Assembly: GCA_918797485.1 (NCBI GenBank)
Contig: CAKKNE010000001.1
Location: 3,100,001-3,164,000, forward strand
Origin: Pelagomonas calceolata
Taxonomy: Eukaryota
Direction of reading: 5' to 3'
DNA: 64,000 nucleotides
Shown in pieces: positions 52,554 to 64,000 of this stretch. Numbering within the stretch: position 1 is the first letter of the stretch; the number at the start of each line of letters is the position of its first letter. Made by a program: the position numbers and the translations under genes. The notes below the pieces were generated by a model. The model ran no database searches and had not been told where the DNA came from. It saw nothing but the letters and a program-made list of their open reading frames with translations.

Positions 52554-52883
52554 CTATGGGGTTCGACGGGGGCGCCCCTCACTTGGCCATGAGGGCGTCG
52601 ATTTCGGGCTTGGCCTGCAGGATGGCGTGCGTGGTGTGCTGGCTGAGGTAGCCGACCAACTGCGCGTCTGGGGACATCTCGAACGTGCTCGTGTACGGGA
52701 GGTCCTTGAGGTGGTGAAGCGCCCGATTTCCGGTGTGGCGGATTTCGCGCTTGACCAGTCGAGCCGCACTGGCGGCGCCGCGTTCACGGCTCGATTGCTT
52801 TGCACCTTGCTGTGCTGAAAAGCAGTGCATGCTTGAAGTTTCAGCGCGAACAACGCAAGGAGCGCCGTTTTGGCACGCGTCAT
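52554..52883 (-). pseudogene. Possible truncated/frameshifted gene with plastid-type leader
   Basis: MTRAKTALLALFALKLQACTA-FQ leader; host-like codons continue in a different frame (LHHLKDLPYTSTFEMSPDAQLVGYL) that stops next to the inverted-repeat region. Confidence 0.35.
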
Positions 52884-53062
52884 GTTGGCTGTGAAACGTG
52901 AAGAAGTCTCTGGAACGAGAATCGAAACTGTGTAACTGTTTCGCGGAACGGGCTTAAAACTGCCCGCTCTTGCTCATCTCTTGCTCATCTCGATAGGAAG
53001 AGCAAAGCGAAACTAGGCAAAAGACATCTATAGTGCCCCCCCAGGAGTCCTCTACGACGTTA

Positions 53063-53701
53063 CTACTTACCCTTCTTCCGATTCGTCCTCCGGTAGGCGC
53101 GTTCGTCGCGTTCCGATACAGCTGGAACGGGCACCGCCTGCGCCTCCGCCTCCGCTTGTGCCCCGAGCTCCCGGGCCTTGCCGCGGAACTCCGCCCGCTT
53201 CACGGTCACGAGCATCGACGACGCCATCACCAGAAAATTCAGGAGCATTGCGAAGGCCAGAGCGAGTAGAGGCGCGCAGAGCATGATGCCCGCGAAGACG
53301 CCTCTTTCATCAAAGTAGTTCTGGGTGGCGAACTTCTCCCAGCGCTTGGCGCACAACCCGTTCAGCGTCTCGGCGAGTGCCACGCACGCCGCGATGCCGA
53401 AAAACAATCCACATTGCACGGGGAAGTTCTTCCGCGTAAAAACGAACAATACCCACAAACTCAGATGCCAGAGCAGCAAACACCGAATCCAGTTCTCGCG
53501 CCAGTCCACCGCGGCTATAAACGCGGCGCACTCCTCGCGGAACGTCTGCGGCGCGCCCTTGACGTGGTCGGCGAAGATCTGGTCCTTGAGGCCCTCGACG
53601 ACGTCATTTAGCGAGGACGCGGCGGTGGCGTTCTCGTTGTCGACGTCGTCCGCTTGTGCTGCTGCCGCTATCAGCAGCAGGGCTGCTAGCGCCCTCATCA
53701 T
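53063..53701 (-). CDS. TMEM18: TMEM18 family membrane protein
   Basis: FIAAVDWRENWIRCLLLWH, AETLN, WEKFATQNYFDERGVF, APLL. Confidence 0.9.
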   Translation of the reverse strand: MMRALAALLLIAAAAQADDVDNENATAASSLNDVVEGLKDQIFADHVKGAPQTFREECAAFIAAVDWRENWIRCLLLWHLSLWVLFVFTRKNFPVQCGLFFGIAACVALAETLNGLCAKRWEKFATQNYFDERGVFAGIMLCAPLLALAFAMLLNFLVMASSMLVTVKRAEFRGKARELGAQAEAEAQAVPVPAVSERDERAYRRTNRKKGK

Positions 53702-55594
53702 CTTGTATGCAGCGATGCACGGAAGCAGCGATGCACGAAAGCAGCGATGCGGCAGTGCAAAGCGGAAAATGAATCAGCTGGCTACGCCGCGTACTCACTC
53801 GTCGCGTGCCAAACTCGTCGATGCCGCTTTTGCGCCAGCTAGCGGCCTGTAAAGACACTAGGGATCGAAACCGCCAAGCAGCCGTCTGAGTATCCTTCCG
53901 TTCGCTAATGGTCCAAAGAGATCAGTGGGACACTTACTGGGGGCCGAAAAAATTAATTTTTTTAATTCGCGATATTGACGACGCCACCATGGCGGGCGCG
54001 TCGATGGAAACCTGTCAATTCGTGGTCCTGAGGTCTCCCTGGGGGTGCCTAGGGTCGCTACTAGACGTGCGCAAGCGCCTACACCGCACGCGCGGCGGCT
54101 TCCATCGGTGTATACATGTCAGTACAGGTCCTTTGCGCTCTACTGCTCTGGACCATGATTTGCCAAAGATTTCGATTCAGAGCCCTCTGGGGAGCTCCAA
54201 GTACGGGCGCATGCGGCGTAGGCGACTACCCGACCCCAGACCTATCCCAGAGGGCGTCCGCGAGCCGATCTACATCCGAAAAAAGTAAATAATTTGGACC
54301 CGATGGCGCCCCGTTCCCGTCAAAAACGTCAATTACCCGAGGGCCCCCAGGAATCGTAATAGCGGCCTCGTCGGATCCCATACTACCCCAGCGATAGTCA
54401 ATTACAAGTATATGACATCTACACCACGAGAAGGGTACTTTGGGCAGCCCACGCTCGGGACGTGAACATCTTGATCTGGACAGCGCTCAAGTCGGTCGGT
54501 CATGAAACAAATGATCGCGTTATGGTCCATGGTGAAGGTACACGGGCTGATGGTCGCAGGTTCAAGTAACTCGCCCCAATTAGTCAGATTGTGGGCTCGC
54601 GAGTTGGCTGAGCCGCGCGGAGCATCGTGGGGTCTCGAGCAATGTAGTAGACGTTCAGGCCGGTTATCTGGCCCGTCTGGTAACCGAAGCGCCTGAAAAG
54701 CAAATTTATTTTATAAACCACCGGTCTGGGGCCTTTCTGGTGCTCCGTCTACGTACCGTCGTCCGCGGAGAACGGGCAAGTCGGTCGATCGTGAATAGAA
54801 CAACGGCGTTATGGTCCATCTGGATGGTGGCGTCGCTGATACTCGCAGGTTCTGCTGAATTGCCCGTTTTTGAACAAACGCGTGGTCGCGAAGATGACGA
54901 ATCGCGCGGCTCTAACGGAATATCTAAAATAGATGAGTACTTGTTCAATCGGCCTAGATGGACTCTACCACTAACAAACGGAAGGAAACGAACATAAACT
55001 CGGGAGTTGTCTAGTAGAATTCTTTTCCCGCCCTCCGAGCGCGCGCCGTCGGCTCCGGTTCCGTCGATTGTGTATGAAAACTGGGCTGGAGTTGATATGA
55101 TGTACTATCCGGACGGTAGATGGCGGCGTCAATCGCTGGTGTATTTTGGGGAGCCGCAAGACTCATCCGCGAATGTCGCGGGCGGTGCCTTCCGGGAGGC
55201 GCGAGGGTATGTTCCCAGGCCGCTACTCTGAAATCTTTGGTCTCGGCGAACGACTAGGATGTATTCTGAATCTCGGTCATCCTTTTGACGCTATCGAGGC
55301 GTATCTTTGGATTTGCTAGTATCTTACTGGCCGCTAGCATGTCTCATTATTATTCAGGCCAAGGCAGGCACGCGCGCCACCAGCTGGTGTATCATAGCTG
55401 CCTGTAAGACACCCAATCGACACGCATTGCTCGTCCAGTGCACTGCTCGTCGAGCGCCGCAGGAATTGAATTGCTGCTACGCGTCGACGTGGAGAGCACT
55501 CCAATTTAAGCGTAGAAAGAGCGCACACCTGCACGCCACCGACGCGCTGACCATCAACGGCTCCTTTTCAAGAAGTCGTTGACAATCAAAAACG

Positions 55595-56224
55595 ATGACC
55601 AGACCTCGCCTCGCGGTATCAGCGGTCCTCGTGCTCGCGCCGCTCTGTGTTTCGTTCAACCCCGTGCAGAGGATTCGCAAGGACTTCCTCGCGCTCACGG
55701 TACGGGCGAGTCCGCGGCATTTGATGCGACCGCGGACCGAGCAGGGGCGGCGGGAATGCGCCGCTATCTTAAAATCAATTAAAAACTCGACGGCCAGCGG
55801 CACCTTTGTGGTCGACGCCTTCGCCGCGGCGGCGACGCAGTACTCGAGCGACGCGGAGACGGCCGCGAGCGGCGGCCTGCTCGGGGAGATGATCCAACAA
55901 GGCGTGATTCGCTCGAAGGCGCTGGATCGAGCCTGCTTCACAGCGAACCTTGGCGAGGTCGAGGGGCCCGTCGAGAGCGAGTACGGCTGGCACCTCGTGC
56001 TCACGCCGGAGCGGATCAACTGCAAAAAGGACAACGGCTACGTGCGCATCGAGCCGAGGACCGACGGCATCTCGACGCCGAAGTACGTGAAAGAAGACAA
56101 TTCCGAGCGCGCAATGCAGGGCGAGGCGCTCGGCAAGACGGTCCAGACCGTCGCGTTCTGGGCGCTGTCGTGCGGCTTCATCGCCGAGGGCGCGGCGCTC
56201 ATCGGCAACTCGCTCCCGTCCTAA
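55595..56224 (+). CDS. Parvulin/PpiC-type peptidyl-prolyl isomerase, probably plastid-targeted
   Basis: ASPRHLM, FAAAATQYSSD, SGGLLG, LDRACF, GPVESEYGWHLV; leader ...CVS-F. Confidence 0.88.
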   Translation: MTRPRLAVSAVLVLAPLCVSFNPVQRIRKDFLALTVRASPRHLMRPRTEQGRRECAAILKSIKNSTASGTFVVDAFAAAATQYSSDAETAASGGLLGEMIQQGVIRSKALDRACFTANLGEVEGPVESEYGWHLVLTPERINCKKDNGYVRIEPRTDGISTPKYVKEDNSERAMQGEALGKTVQTVAFWALSCGFIAEGAALIGNSLPS

Positions 56225-56274
56225 GTTTCCTGTGTGTGTCCCAGCGACGGCGTGGGGGGATGTGCAAAGAAACC

Positions 56275-59200
56275 TTACCCCAGCACCTTCCAGGACAGCT
56301 CGTAGGCAAACCCCCACGCGCCCCGCCCCGCCGGGCAGACGTGGTGGAGCACCCGCGCCTCGCCCGGGTTTAGGGACGCCGACGCGACGAGGGCCCCGGT
56401 ATGGGACTGGCAGTTGCGCGACTTGGCCACGTCGACGGTGACCTTCGTTTTTTGCGAGCCGACGTTCTTCACGAGGACCGACGCGCCCGACAGCCGCCGC
56501 GACGCGTAGACCTCCAAGTCGTCGTAGGGGACCATCGTGCCCGTTTCTAGGATGGGCAGCTCCTCGGCGGCCTTGACGATGGATGGTGTGGATGCGATGG
56601 GTTTCAGGGAGACAGGGGCGTCCGCGTGGACCGAGACGCCGATCCCCCGCGCCCCGACGCAAATCAAGCCTTTTGACGTGTGCTCGTATCCTAACTTTTT
56701 CAGGATCTCCGTATATGTCGGGTGCGCTGCGAGCCAGTTGCCCAGGTCAGTTGCTGAGAGACCGTCTCTCTTAACAGCGTGGGCCATCAATTGCGTGATG
56801 TCCGCGATCTTCGTGAGACCACAAGCATTTAACAAGGAGGCGGCCTCGCCGCCCTCGCCCACACTTAATGCACCGGATCCGGAGACGTTGAACCTCGAAA
56901 ATATCTCATCGGTCGTCGTGCGATACGCGACCGGATCATAGGAAGACGGCCAGGAATCCGTGAAGTAGTTTGATTTTGGTTTTCGCAATGAATGTTGTAG
57001 ACAGTAGGCGCAGACCGTGTACTCGCCGGCGGGCCATTCACTTAATTCTTTGATGTCGGGCGAGAATTGCTGGCGATCGGCAGCTGGGGAACAGCCCGTG
57101 ACGTATTGGCCATCTTTCAGAATAGCAAAGCCCACATGGGCGTATTCTGATGGCGCACCTAACGTTCTCTCGTCTCTTTGATGCACACCAACCACGACAT
57201 GAGCGGGCCTCGTTAATTTCAACGAGTAACACAGAGCCGGCTCCTCCACCGTAACAGCCCCCCGGCACCGCGCCTCGGCCCAGGCCTTTTGGGACGGCGA
57301 CCGCTGCAGAGCTACAGAAAACTTGGCGAAGTACCTGACGAAGTCCTCGTAGGACATCCAGAACGCGCCGTCGCCATCCTTAATGATCTCGGCAGCGTCG
57401 ACGCCGAGCTCCGAAGCGACCTGCTGCTTGAATTCCGGCGTCCAGCGCGGGTCGGCGTCGGACCAGGCGCCCGTCCACTCGAACTTGCCCCTGCGCGATC
57501 GACGCGTGACGGACCGCCGCGGCGACGGCGGGGAGGGAACGACGAAGGGAGGGACGCCATCGACGCGACTCAAAACAAAGGACACTGGAGCGCCACCAGG
57601 GGTTCCGCAGCCAGATCAATCGGTGGCCATCTACGTTACGAGCCGCGATCAGCGCGTAGGCGTGGCCCGGCACGAGGCCGCCGTCCGACGTCGTGGAAGG
57701 TGCTAATCCATTTTCAGAGAACCGGTCCTCGCCCGGCGTCGACGCGACGGCGACGCATCTATTGGTATCAGCGTACACCAAGCGATCAAACAACGCCCCG
57801 GACTCGACCTCTTGGACGTGGTCGACGTGCGTGAACTTGAAACGAAAGGTCGGCAGCCCCGTCAGGTCCATGAGCCCCTCGGCCGCGAGCCCGCCCCGCA
57901 GCCTCGTGAAATTCCCGGAGGCCTTGGCGTGGGCTTTTTCTAGTAATAAAACCCACAATTCTTCATGCTTCGCTCTCGAATAGACGGGGCCGCCGTGGGC
58001 GTCGCAGGGGAAGAAGTCGTCTACGACTATGGTGCGCCACGTGCTGCCCAGACAGAGCTTCACTCTATATAACCCATGAGCATGCTTCGTACCATCCGGA
58101 AACAGCTTCTTTATTAACCCAGGAAACTCGGCGCACGCCGATAACGCGCACATGAGCCAGCAGTCGCCTAGACGGCCTTGCCGCACGTCGTCCGGATGAA
58201 TGTCGTCTCTGAAGACCCGAGGGTCGCTGAAAATGTCCGAAGCGCGCTTGTAGACGAGTCTTCCTGCTGGTTTTTGATCTTTCTCTGTTCGGATGCCAGG
58301 CACCTCCGTCGGCGGGTAGCTCAGGTCCACAAAAACCTCGCCCTGGAGTTGTGCGTTGATCGCCTCCAATGAATCAGTCACATCCACCTGGACGCTCTTC
58401 ATGGCCTCCATGGCGCCCTGGGTTCTCATTTCAACGGCCTTGGCGATCTTGAGAGCTTCCAACCGCGTATTTGTTAATGCAGGTTGCGATGCCGAGGTGA
58501 CGGTGTTCTTCTGCAGCCGCTCTAGGATCGACGCCTCCTTTGATAAATCGTCATGCCTAGCTTTGAGCTTGGCCTGGCGGTCGCCCGTCGCCCTTCCTAG
58601 TTCCTGTGATACAACGCCTATCGCTTGAGCCACAGTACTAGACCGCCGCCCCAGTGCGTTTTCTTCAGATACGGGCTCGCCGCCACCGTCGTGCTCCCAG
58701 GCGTTGATCAGACTCCTTCCCTCATTCACGACGGCGTGCCACTCGTCCTGTGTGGCGTCGTCGAACGTGCCCAGACCGACGGCCGCCGACGTCTTGCCTG
58801 TCCTTAGTTTACTAAGTTGGGCGTCCGCCCTCCGCAGAGCGTTCTGCAATGCTTTAGAGCGCGCGTCGTGGGCGTCGGACTCGGCCTTTAGGGTGCGTTC
58901 CAGCTCCGCGACGGCGGCTTTGAGCGCGCAAGCGTCACTCCGTAAAGTAGCTAACCTCCCGTCCAGATCACCACTACCAGTGATAGAGAAGGCCTCGCCC
59001 CCACCACTATCGACGACACTACACAAAGCCTTCTGCTCCTCGCGCTCCGCCGCGTGCTGCCTCGCCATATTTGTGGCCGTCTGGAGCTCGTGCTTGTACG
59101 CGTTGGCTCTTTTTTGCACAGCATCTTCCGCGTCGGCCTCGTTTTTGACTCTAGTAGCCTCGGCCTTACGAACTTGCTCCTTCAAGGCGTCTACTTCCAT

Positions 59201-60355
59201 TTGCTTTTGTTGTTTGATGGCTTCCAGCTTCGCTCTCAGCTCCTCGAGTCTACTCCTCTGAATGTCGGCCTCGGCGTCATGCGCGGCCTTGGCCTTGGCC
59301 GCCACGGAGCTCTTATGTGCTAGTTCTTCCTCGGGATCGTCGACGCACGACTCCCTGAAAGCCTTCTCTCTCGCATCTAACCGTTGAGTCAGCTTCGCAT
59401 CTTCACTAGAATGGCGGTCCCGCGTCTCCTCCAAGTGTAGCTTCGCCAGGCGCGCCTTCTCTTCCAACTCTTTCAAACGAGCGTCGGCGGCGTCCCGCTC
59501 CAAGCGCATCCGCTCGGCCTCGTCGCCCAATTTCTTCTTGGCCGAGGCGACACGCGCGTGGTCCCCCTCCGAAGCTTGCTGCGCGGCGTCAAACGACGCC
59601 CGCAACTCCATTTCTAAGGATCGTAGCGCATTCATATGAGCCGCCCTGAGCTCATCTAACTCGCGTTTATACGAGGCCTCGTCCTCACTCAACAGCTTCT
59701 TGAGCTCGTCGCGGCGCCTTCTGAGAGCGTCGAGCGCGTCATCAATGGTCTTTTGGAGGGTAGCGAGCTGCTCCTGGCTGCTCACGTGCTGCTGCTTTGT
59801 CGTCTCGTCGATGGCGCGGATCACGTCCCGCTCGTGTTGTTTTTCCTTATCGGCCATCCTCGCAACTAAAGCCTCGTACTGCCCTCTTAGTGAGGCAATG
59901 GCTTCCTCTAATGAAGCGATCTCGGCCAACAACCGAGCTAATTCATCATCATACTCTTTACACAGTCGCGTATGCTTCTCCTCGAGCCGTATCCTTAATA
60001 ATGCGGTCAATTTAGCCTCCAAGTCGGCGAGTCGCTCATCAAACGTCGCCTGCTTCGCCTGGAGCTGCGCTTGCAATGAATCTCGTTCCGCAGCTAATGT
60101 AGACATAGTAACCTCGTGCTGGCGCTCCAAACCTCTTAATCGTTCCGAAAAGCGCGCCTGCTCGGCATCAAAGGTCTCGAGCAACTCGTCGTACTTCTGG
60201 ACCAGGTCGTCGTCGGCGCCGCATCGCAGGGTCTCGAGCTTCGCCTTCTTTTGCAGGGGTGCGGCCTGGTCCTCGGGCAGGAGCCCGGCGCTGAAGGACC
60301 GCTGCGGCGCATTGTTCTCAGCCTCGTCGGCCGCGAAGGAGTGGGTCAGGCCCAT
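56275..60355 (-). CDS. Calpain-family cysteine protease with long N-terminal coiled coil; exons 60355-57597 and 57490-56275
   Basis: QGRLGDCWL (Cys), ELWVLLLEKAHAK, GHAYALI (His), LRNPW|GKFEWTGAWSD (Asn), DGAFWMSYEDF; domain III and an EF-hand-like segment follow. Confidence 0.93.
57491..57596 (-). other. Intron (106 nt) in calpain gene containing CGCGTCGATGGCGT
   Basis: GTGGCG...ATCGCGCAG splits the Trp codon of NPWG. Confidence 0.9.
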
Positions 60356-60673
60356 TTTTGAGCGCTGGGGCAGCCCGCTCCCCGCTATCCACGTCCAAAT
60401 TCCAGCCTGGCCGCAGATCGAAAGCTCGGGTTTCTCCTGTGTTCATTGCTGTTTCTAGCGGTCCGGCGGGGCCCCGAGGCACTGAGCAGCGGCTGGAGTG
60501 CGGGCCATCGACGCGTCCTTTGTGTACGTTCGGGTTTAGGTCCACTTCCAAGTTGGAAGTGCTTTTGTCGTGTGCGGGGCGACTGCCGGGCTGCATCGAC
60601 GCGCAGCCGACCCCATACACGCGCAGCCAACGCCCTACCGCGAGGCGAGACCGCAGACGCACCACAGCACACG

Positions 60674-61141
60674 ATGACCACGACCCTGGGATGCTTCAGC
60701 GCCGGCCTCGGCCGCCGCACGGACCTGCCCTGGCCCTTGCCCGCCGACGCCGGTCAAGTACGGGAGAAGGGCTACTTCGTCGAGGGCGGCAAGGAGTCCC
60801 TGCCGCCGAAGTGGGATTCCAAAGTGATGGCGCGACCTAAACTACCAGACGACGTGAGCGGCGTCGACGCGTACCACAAGAAGTTAAGTGGAGAGGTCGA
60901 TGGTAAGGGAGAGCCGACGATCGCCGTCTTCCTCAAGACGGGGCCCCCGGGCCGCGCGCCGGCGCTCGTCATCGAGGGCGTGAGCGTGACGGCGGCCGCT
61001 GGTGTTTTGGCGGACCGCGCGGCCAAGGACCTCGGCGTGCCCGTGGATGCCTTGTACTACCACGGCGTCGCCTTGGATCTGGCGACGCCCCTCAAGGCCC
61101 AGGGCGTCTTCCGCGACCCGGTGCTGCTCGAGTGGAAGTAG
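60674..61141 (+). CDS. Small protein with C-terminal ubiquitin-like domain
   Basis: IAVFLKT...LGVPVDALYYHGVALDLATPLKAQGV resembles a Ubl fold; first ATG at 60674. Confidence 0.6.
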   Translation: MTTTLGCFSAGLGRRTDLPWPLPADAGQVREKGYFVEGGKESLPPKWDSKVMARPKLPDDVSGVDAYHKKLSGEVDGKGEPTIAVFLKTGPPGRAPALVIEGVSVTAAAGVLADRAAKDLGVPVDALYYHGVALDLATPLKAQGVFRDPVLLEWK

Positions 61142-61466
61142 TCCTATGTTGCTCCTTCCTACTAATGAGTGTGTTCTCGAGTCTTGTTGTTGCGAGGGGT
61201 GGGGCGTACCGCTTCCCGATGTGCTAGCGGCGTGTAAGACACTAGCAAGCCAGCCTGGGCGGCGGTGATGCGGCAGTCTTGAGTCTGCTTCGTAAGGGCT
61301 GCAATCTAGATTGCAAACAGTATCGCACGCCCTTTCTCCAGCAGCTGCAGGCACCACAAGTGCTGCAACGCGAGCACTTCTCTGTGTGAGAGAGCGCTCT
61401 CCCACCACCAGCACTGCTACACACGCTGCGGCACCCTAGACGCCATCGACGCGACGTCTGAATTGC

Positions 61467-62276
61467 ATGCGCGGCCTCCCGACGCTCCTGCGCCTCGCCA
61501 CAAGCCGCGCAGCGACCCGCACCATGGCGACGGGCGGCAGCGCGGTCGACACGCTCATTTTTGATGTGGACGACACGCTGTACCCCGTGAGCAGCGGCTT
61601 CTCGAAGCACCGGAACGGGCCGATCGTCGCCAAGTTCATGTGTGACGAACTCGGCTTCGAAAGTGAAGCGGAGGCTCTCAAATTGAGGGACGAGGTCTTC
61701 CGGGCGACACACTCGACGCTCAAAGGATTAACTTTAGCTTCACAGGAGGGGCGCCTGCCGAAACCCTTCGCGGAGCCCATGCTCGGCGAGTACTGGGCGG
61801 CGCACTGCGACTTCGACGCGTACCTGCCTCGCAATAATGAATTTCGCGAACAGCTCGGTGAATTAAGGGAGCTGGGCTACAAGCTCGTCGTGTTTTCGAA
61901 CGCGCCGCGCAAGTACGCGCGGCGGTGCCTCGACTCGCTGGGGTTGCGCGAGTTCTTCCGCGACGACTTCATCTTCGGTGTGGAAGATGTGATGCCGGCG
62001 TGCAAGCCCGAGGCCGCGGCGTTTCGAACGGTGCTCGACGCCGTCGGCGCCGACGCCGCGTCGTCGATCATGTTCGAGGACTCGCTGAAGAATATAAGGG
62101 CATGCCGCGCGCTGGGCATGCGCTGCGTCTTCGTCGAGGAGGAAGTGGGGGGCGAGGCGGCGCTGCTCGGGGACGCGGCGAAGGCCGGCGACGCGGATCT
62201 CTACGAGGCGAAGGTCCGGCGCATCGCGGACCTCAAGGGCGCCGCGCCGTGGCTCTGGGAGAAAGTTAAAGTCTAG
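61467..62276 (+). CDS. HAD-superfamily hydrolase (SDT1/pyrimidine 5'-nucleotidase-like)
   Basis: IFDVDDTLYP, VFSNAP, CKPEAAAF, MFEDSLKNIRACRALGM. Confidence 0.93.
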   Translation: MRGLPTLLRLATSRAATRTMATGGSAVDTLIFDVDDTLYPVSSGFSKHRNGPIVAKFMCDELGFESEAEALKLRDEVFRATHSTLKGLTLASQEGRLPKPFAEPMLGEYWAAHCDFDAYLPRNNEFREQLGELRELGYKLVVFSNAPRKYARRCLDSLGLREFFRDDFIFGVEDVMPACKPEAAAFRTVLDAVGADAASSIMFEDSLKNIRACRALGMRCVFVEEEVGGEAALLGDAAKAGDADLYEAKVRRIADLKGAAPWLWEKVKV

Positions 62277-62285
62277 GTTAGTGTT

Positions 62286-63062
62286 CTAGAGCACCATCAG
62301 CTCGTCCGCCCGGAAATTATCGACGCCTCCGAACTCGAACTTGACCGTGTACCACCCGGACCCCGTCTTCGTCACGACGCCCTCGAGCGGGTCGAGCGTC
62401 AGGTTGACGCGGTCGCCGACCCTCGGGGCGGCAATTTTCTGGCGCTTGGGCAACGGCGCCACATCAGCATCGTCGGCATCTTGGTAGCTTCCGGCGAAGG
62501 TCGCGGCGCGGAGGTCGACCTCCCGCATCGGAACTGGCGTGGGCGGTGCCCAGGTGCGGTCCTCCTCGTCGTCGTCGTCGTCCTCCTCCGAGTCGTCGCT
62601 GTCCTCGCTATCGACAATTGGTAGCATGACCCGCGGCGGCGAACGCGGTGCCACGTAATGGGGCGGCGTCACGGCCTTCGCGTCGAGGCCTAGGTCCTCG
62701 ACGTCGCCGCGAACGGTGCCGTCCAGGTAGCAGATGCGGTACAGCGCCGCCGGCCGGCCCGCGCCGTCGACGTAGTCGGAGACCGACGCCGGTAGCCAGC
62801 CGATCACCTTGGCCTTGACTTGGGCGGTCGGCGCGCCGGTCGCGTCGAAGACGCTCCGCACGAGGTCGAGGCCGAGCAGGACGCTCCCCTCGCTGCGCCA
62901 CTCGGTCGCCGGCGCCGGCGCCGCGGCGGCCGGCGCCGGCGCCGCGGCGGCCGGCGTCGGCGCCGTGGTTGCCGGCGCCGGCGGCGCCGGGTGACCCGGG
63001 TCGCCCGGCGTCGCCGCGGGCGCGCTCGGCGTCCACCCTGCCGGCGGACCCAGAGAGACCAT
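62286..63062 (-). CDS. Hypothetical protein with Pro/Ala-rich N-terminus, acidic tract and Tudor/SH3-like segments
   Basis: 258-aa ATG ORF; KVIGWLP...LYRICYLDG...DVEDL and VGDRV...GVVTKTGSGWYTVKF. Confidence 0.65.
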   Translation of the reverse strand: MVSLGPPAGWTPSAPAATPGDPGHPAPPAPATTAPTPAAAAPAPAAAAPAPATEWRSEGSVLLGLDLVRSVFDATGAPTAQVKAKVIGWLPASVSDYVDGAGRPAALYRICYLDGTVRGDVEDLGLDAKAVTPPHYVAPRSPPRVMLPIVDSEDSDDSEEDDDDDEEDRTWAPPTPVPMREVDLRAATFAGSYQDADDADVAPLPKRQKIAAPRVGDRVNLTLDPLEGVVTKTGSGWYTVKFEFGGVDNFRADELMVL

Positions 63063-64000
63063 TATGCTTTTGACGATGTCGAGGAGGAGTAGCGGTCGCG
63101 CGAGAGAGACCCCGCCGCGCGCCGCGTAAACCTGTTTTGCTGTTTCAGGTCAATTTACCTGAACAACTCGCACGCGCGTGTCCGCTCGCCGCAGAATTTT
63201 GCGCGACGTTTTACTCTGGTCTGAGTCGTACGCGCGGTGCGGTCTCGCCTCCGGATGGCCGCGATAGCAAGAGGATAGCTCGCTTTGACTGCTTGACTCG
63301 GCTCGTAAAACCTGTTTTGTTCGACTCCACGTCTCGCCCCACACAGATATAAAGTAGGAGCCCTCAATATGGACTCCAAACCACGGGCAGGCATATGGTG
63401 CGGGGTACCATCCCGTGGCAGGGCTCAAAAGTGGAAGACAGCCCAGGAGCGCCCGCAAAAGCTAAGGGCTGCCCGCGACGTTGCGCCGCCGTCGGAGCGA
63501 CTCATGCCTTGAATTCTGCGCCCCGAAACCGGCTGCCGAACGCCGGCGCTGACAGCACCAGTCATGGCAGCCCCGCCGCCCGCGCCCGCGCCCGGAGCGC
63601 GCGCCGAAGATGGCGAGGAAGAGCGACGCTACGTCATCAGCGACACGCCGGGCGGCCGGCCTCGGACGCGACGCGAGAGCTCGGTTTTGAGTTCGAAGCC
63701 GTTCCGCGATAGAGTATTGGACTCCATGTTCTTGCTAGGGAAGGGCGACCGGGAGACCGTACGACTCTTGATGCGGGGCATGCCCGTGCCCGTGACCTAC
63801 GGGTTTCCGAACACGAGTGGAGGGTGGTGCGGGAATTTCTCAGGGTTCGTGCGGAATTTCCACCCTCTGCTGAGCGTCTGGATGGTGCACCCCCTCTGCC
63901 CCTTTTCTGGACGGGAGAGATTTGTGGTCTTCATCTGCTCGGTAGCGTTCAACTTCCTCTGGACGGCTTGTACCACATACAATGCAAGACGAGTAGAGAG

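Noticed and set aside
51680..52651. 323-aa + strand ORF as a transposase
   Set aside because: Non-ATG start, no DDE or other motif, and it runs through both inverted arms.
63100..64000. Short ORFs at the right edge
   Set aside because: No recognisable domains or host-like codon bias, and truncated by the window end.

Overview
Gene-dense, GC-rich eukaryotic genomic DNA, most likely a pelagophyte stramenopile alga (Pelagomonas/Aureococcus-like). This is inferred from short GT/GC-AG introns, introner-type elements with terminal inverted repeats (TIRs) and 8-bp target-site duplications (TSDs), bipartite plastid-targeting leaders, and a bacterial-type AcnB with an organellar leader. There are about 35 protein genes, including isocitrate dehydrogenase with EF-hands, aconitase B, an ERCC6L2-like SNF2 helicase, cyclophilin, parvulin, stomatin, ABC1 kinase, calpain, Nudix, HAD, TMEM18 and acyltransferase-3. 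The most interesting part is an accessory-looking block at about 26-35 kb. It contains ARM-RING, a tRNA-like sequence with a 5-nt anticodon loop, ANK-SAM and a 442-bp near-perfect inverted repeat. It also has a divergent pair of F-box-like genes, one fused to a DNase I/EEP nuclease, and an S1 + CCCH + putative HEPN (RNxxxH) RNase gene bracketed by 44-bp direct repeats. I propose this as a candidate nucleic-acid-targeting (defence-like) cassette cluster; that role is inference. Other highlights are three intact introners that explain apparent frameshifts or stops, a roughly 24-bp motif (GCTAGCGGCNTGTAAGACACTAG) recurring in at least nine intergenic regions, and a Gfo/Idh/MocA-aldonolactone oxidase fusion. 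All domain calls come from reading motifs by eye, not from database searches.
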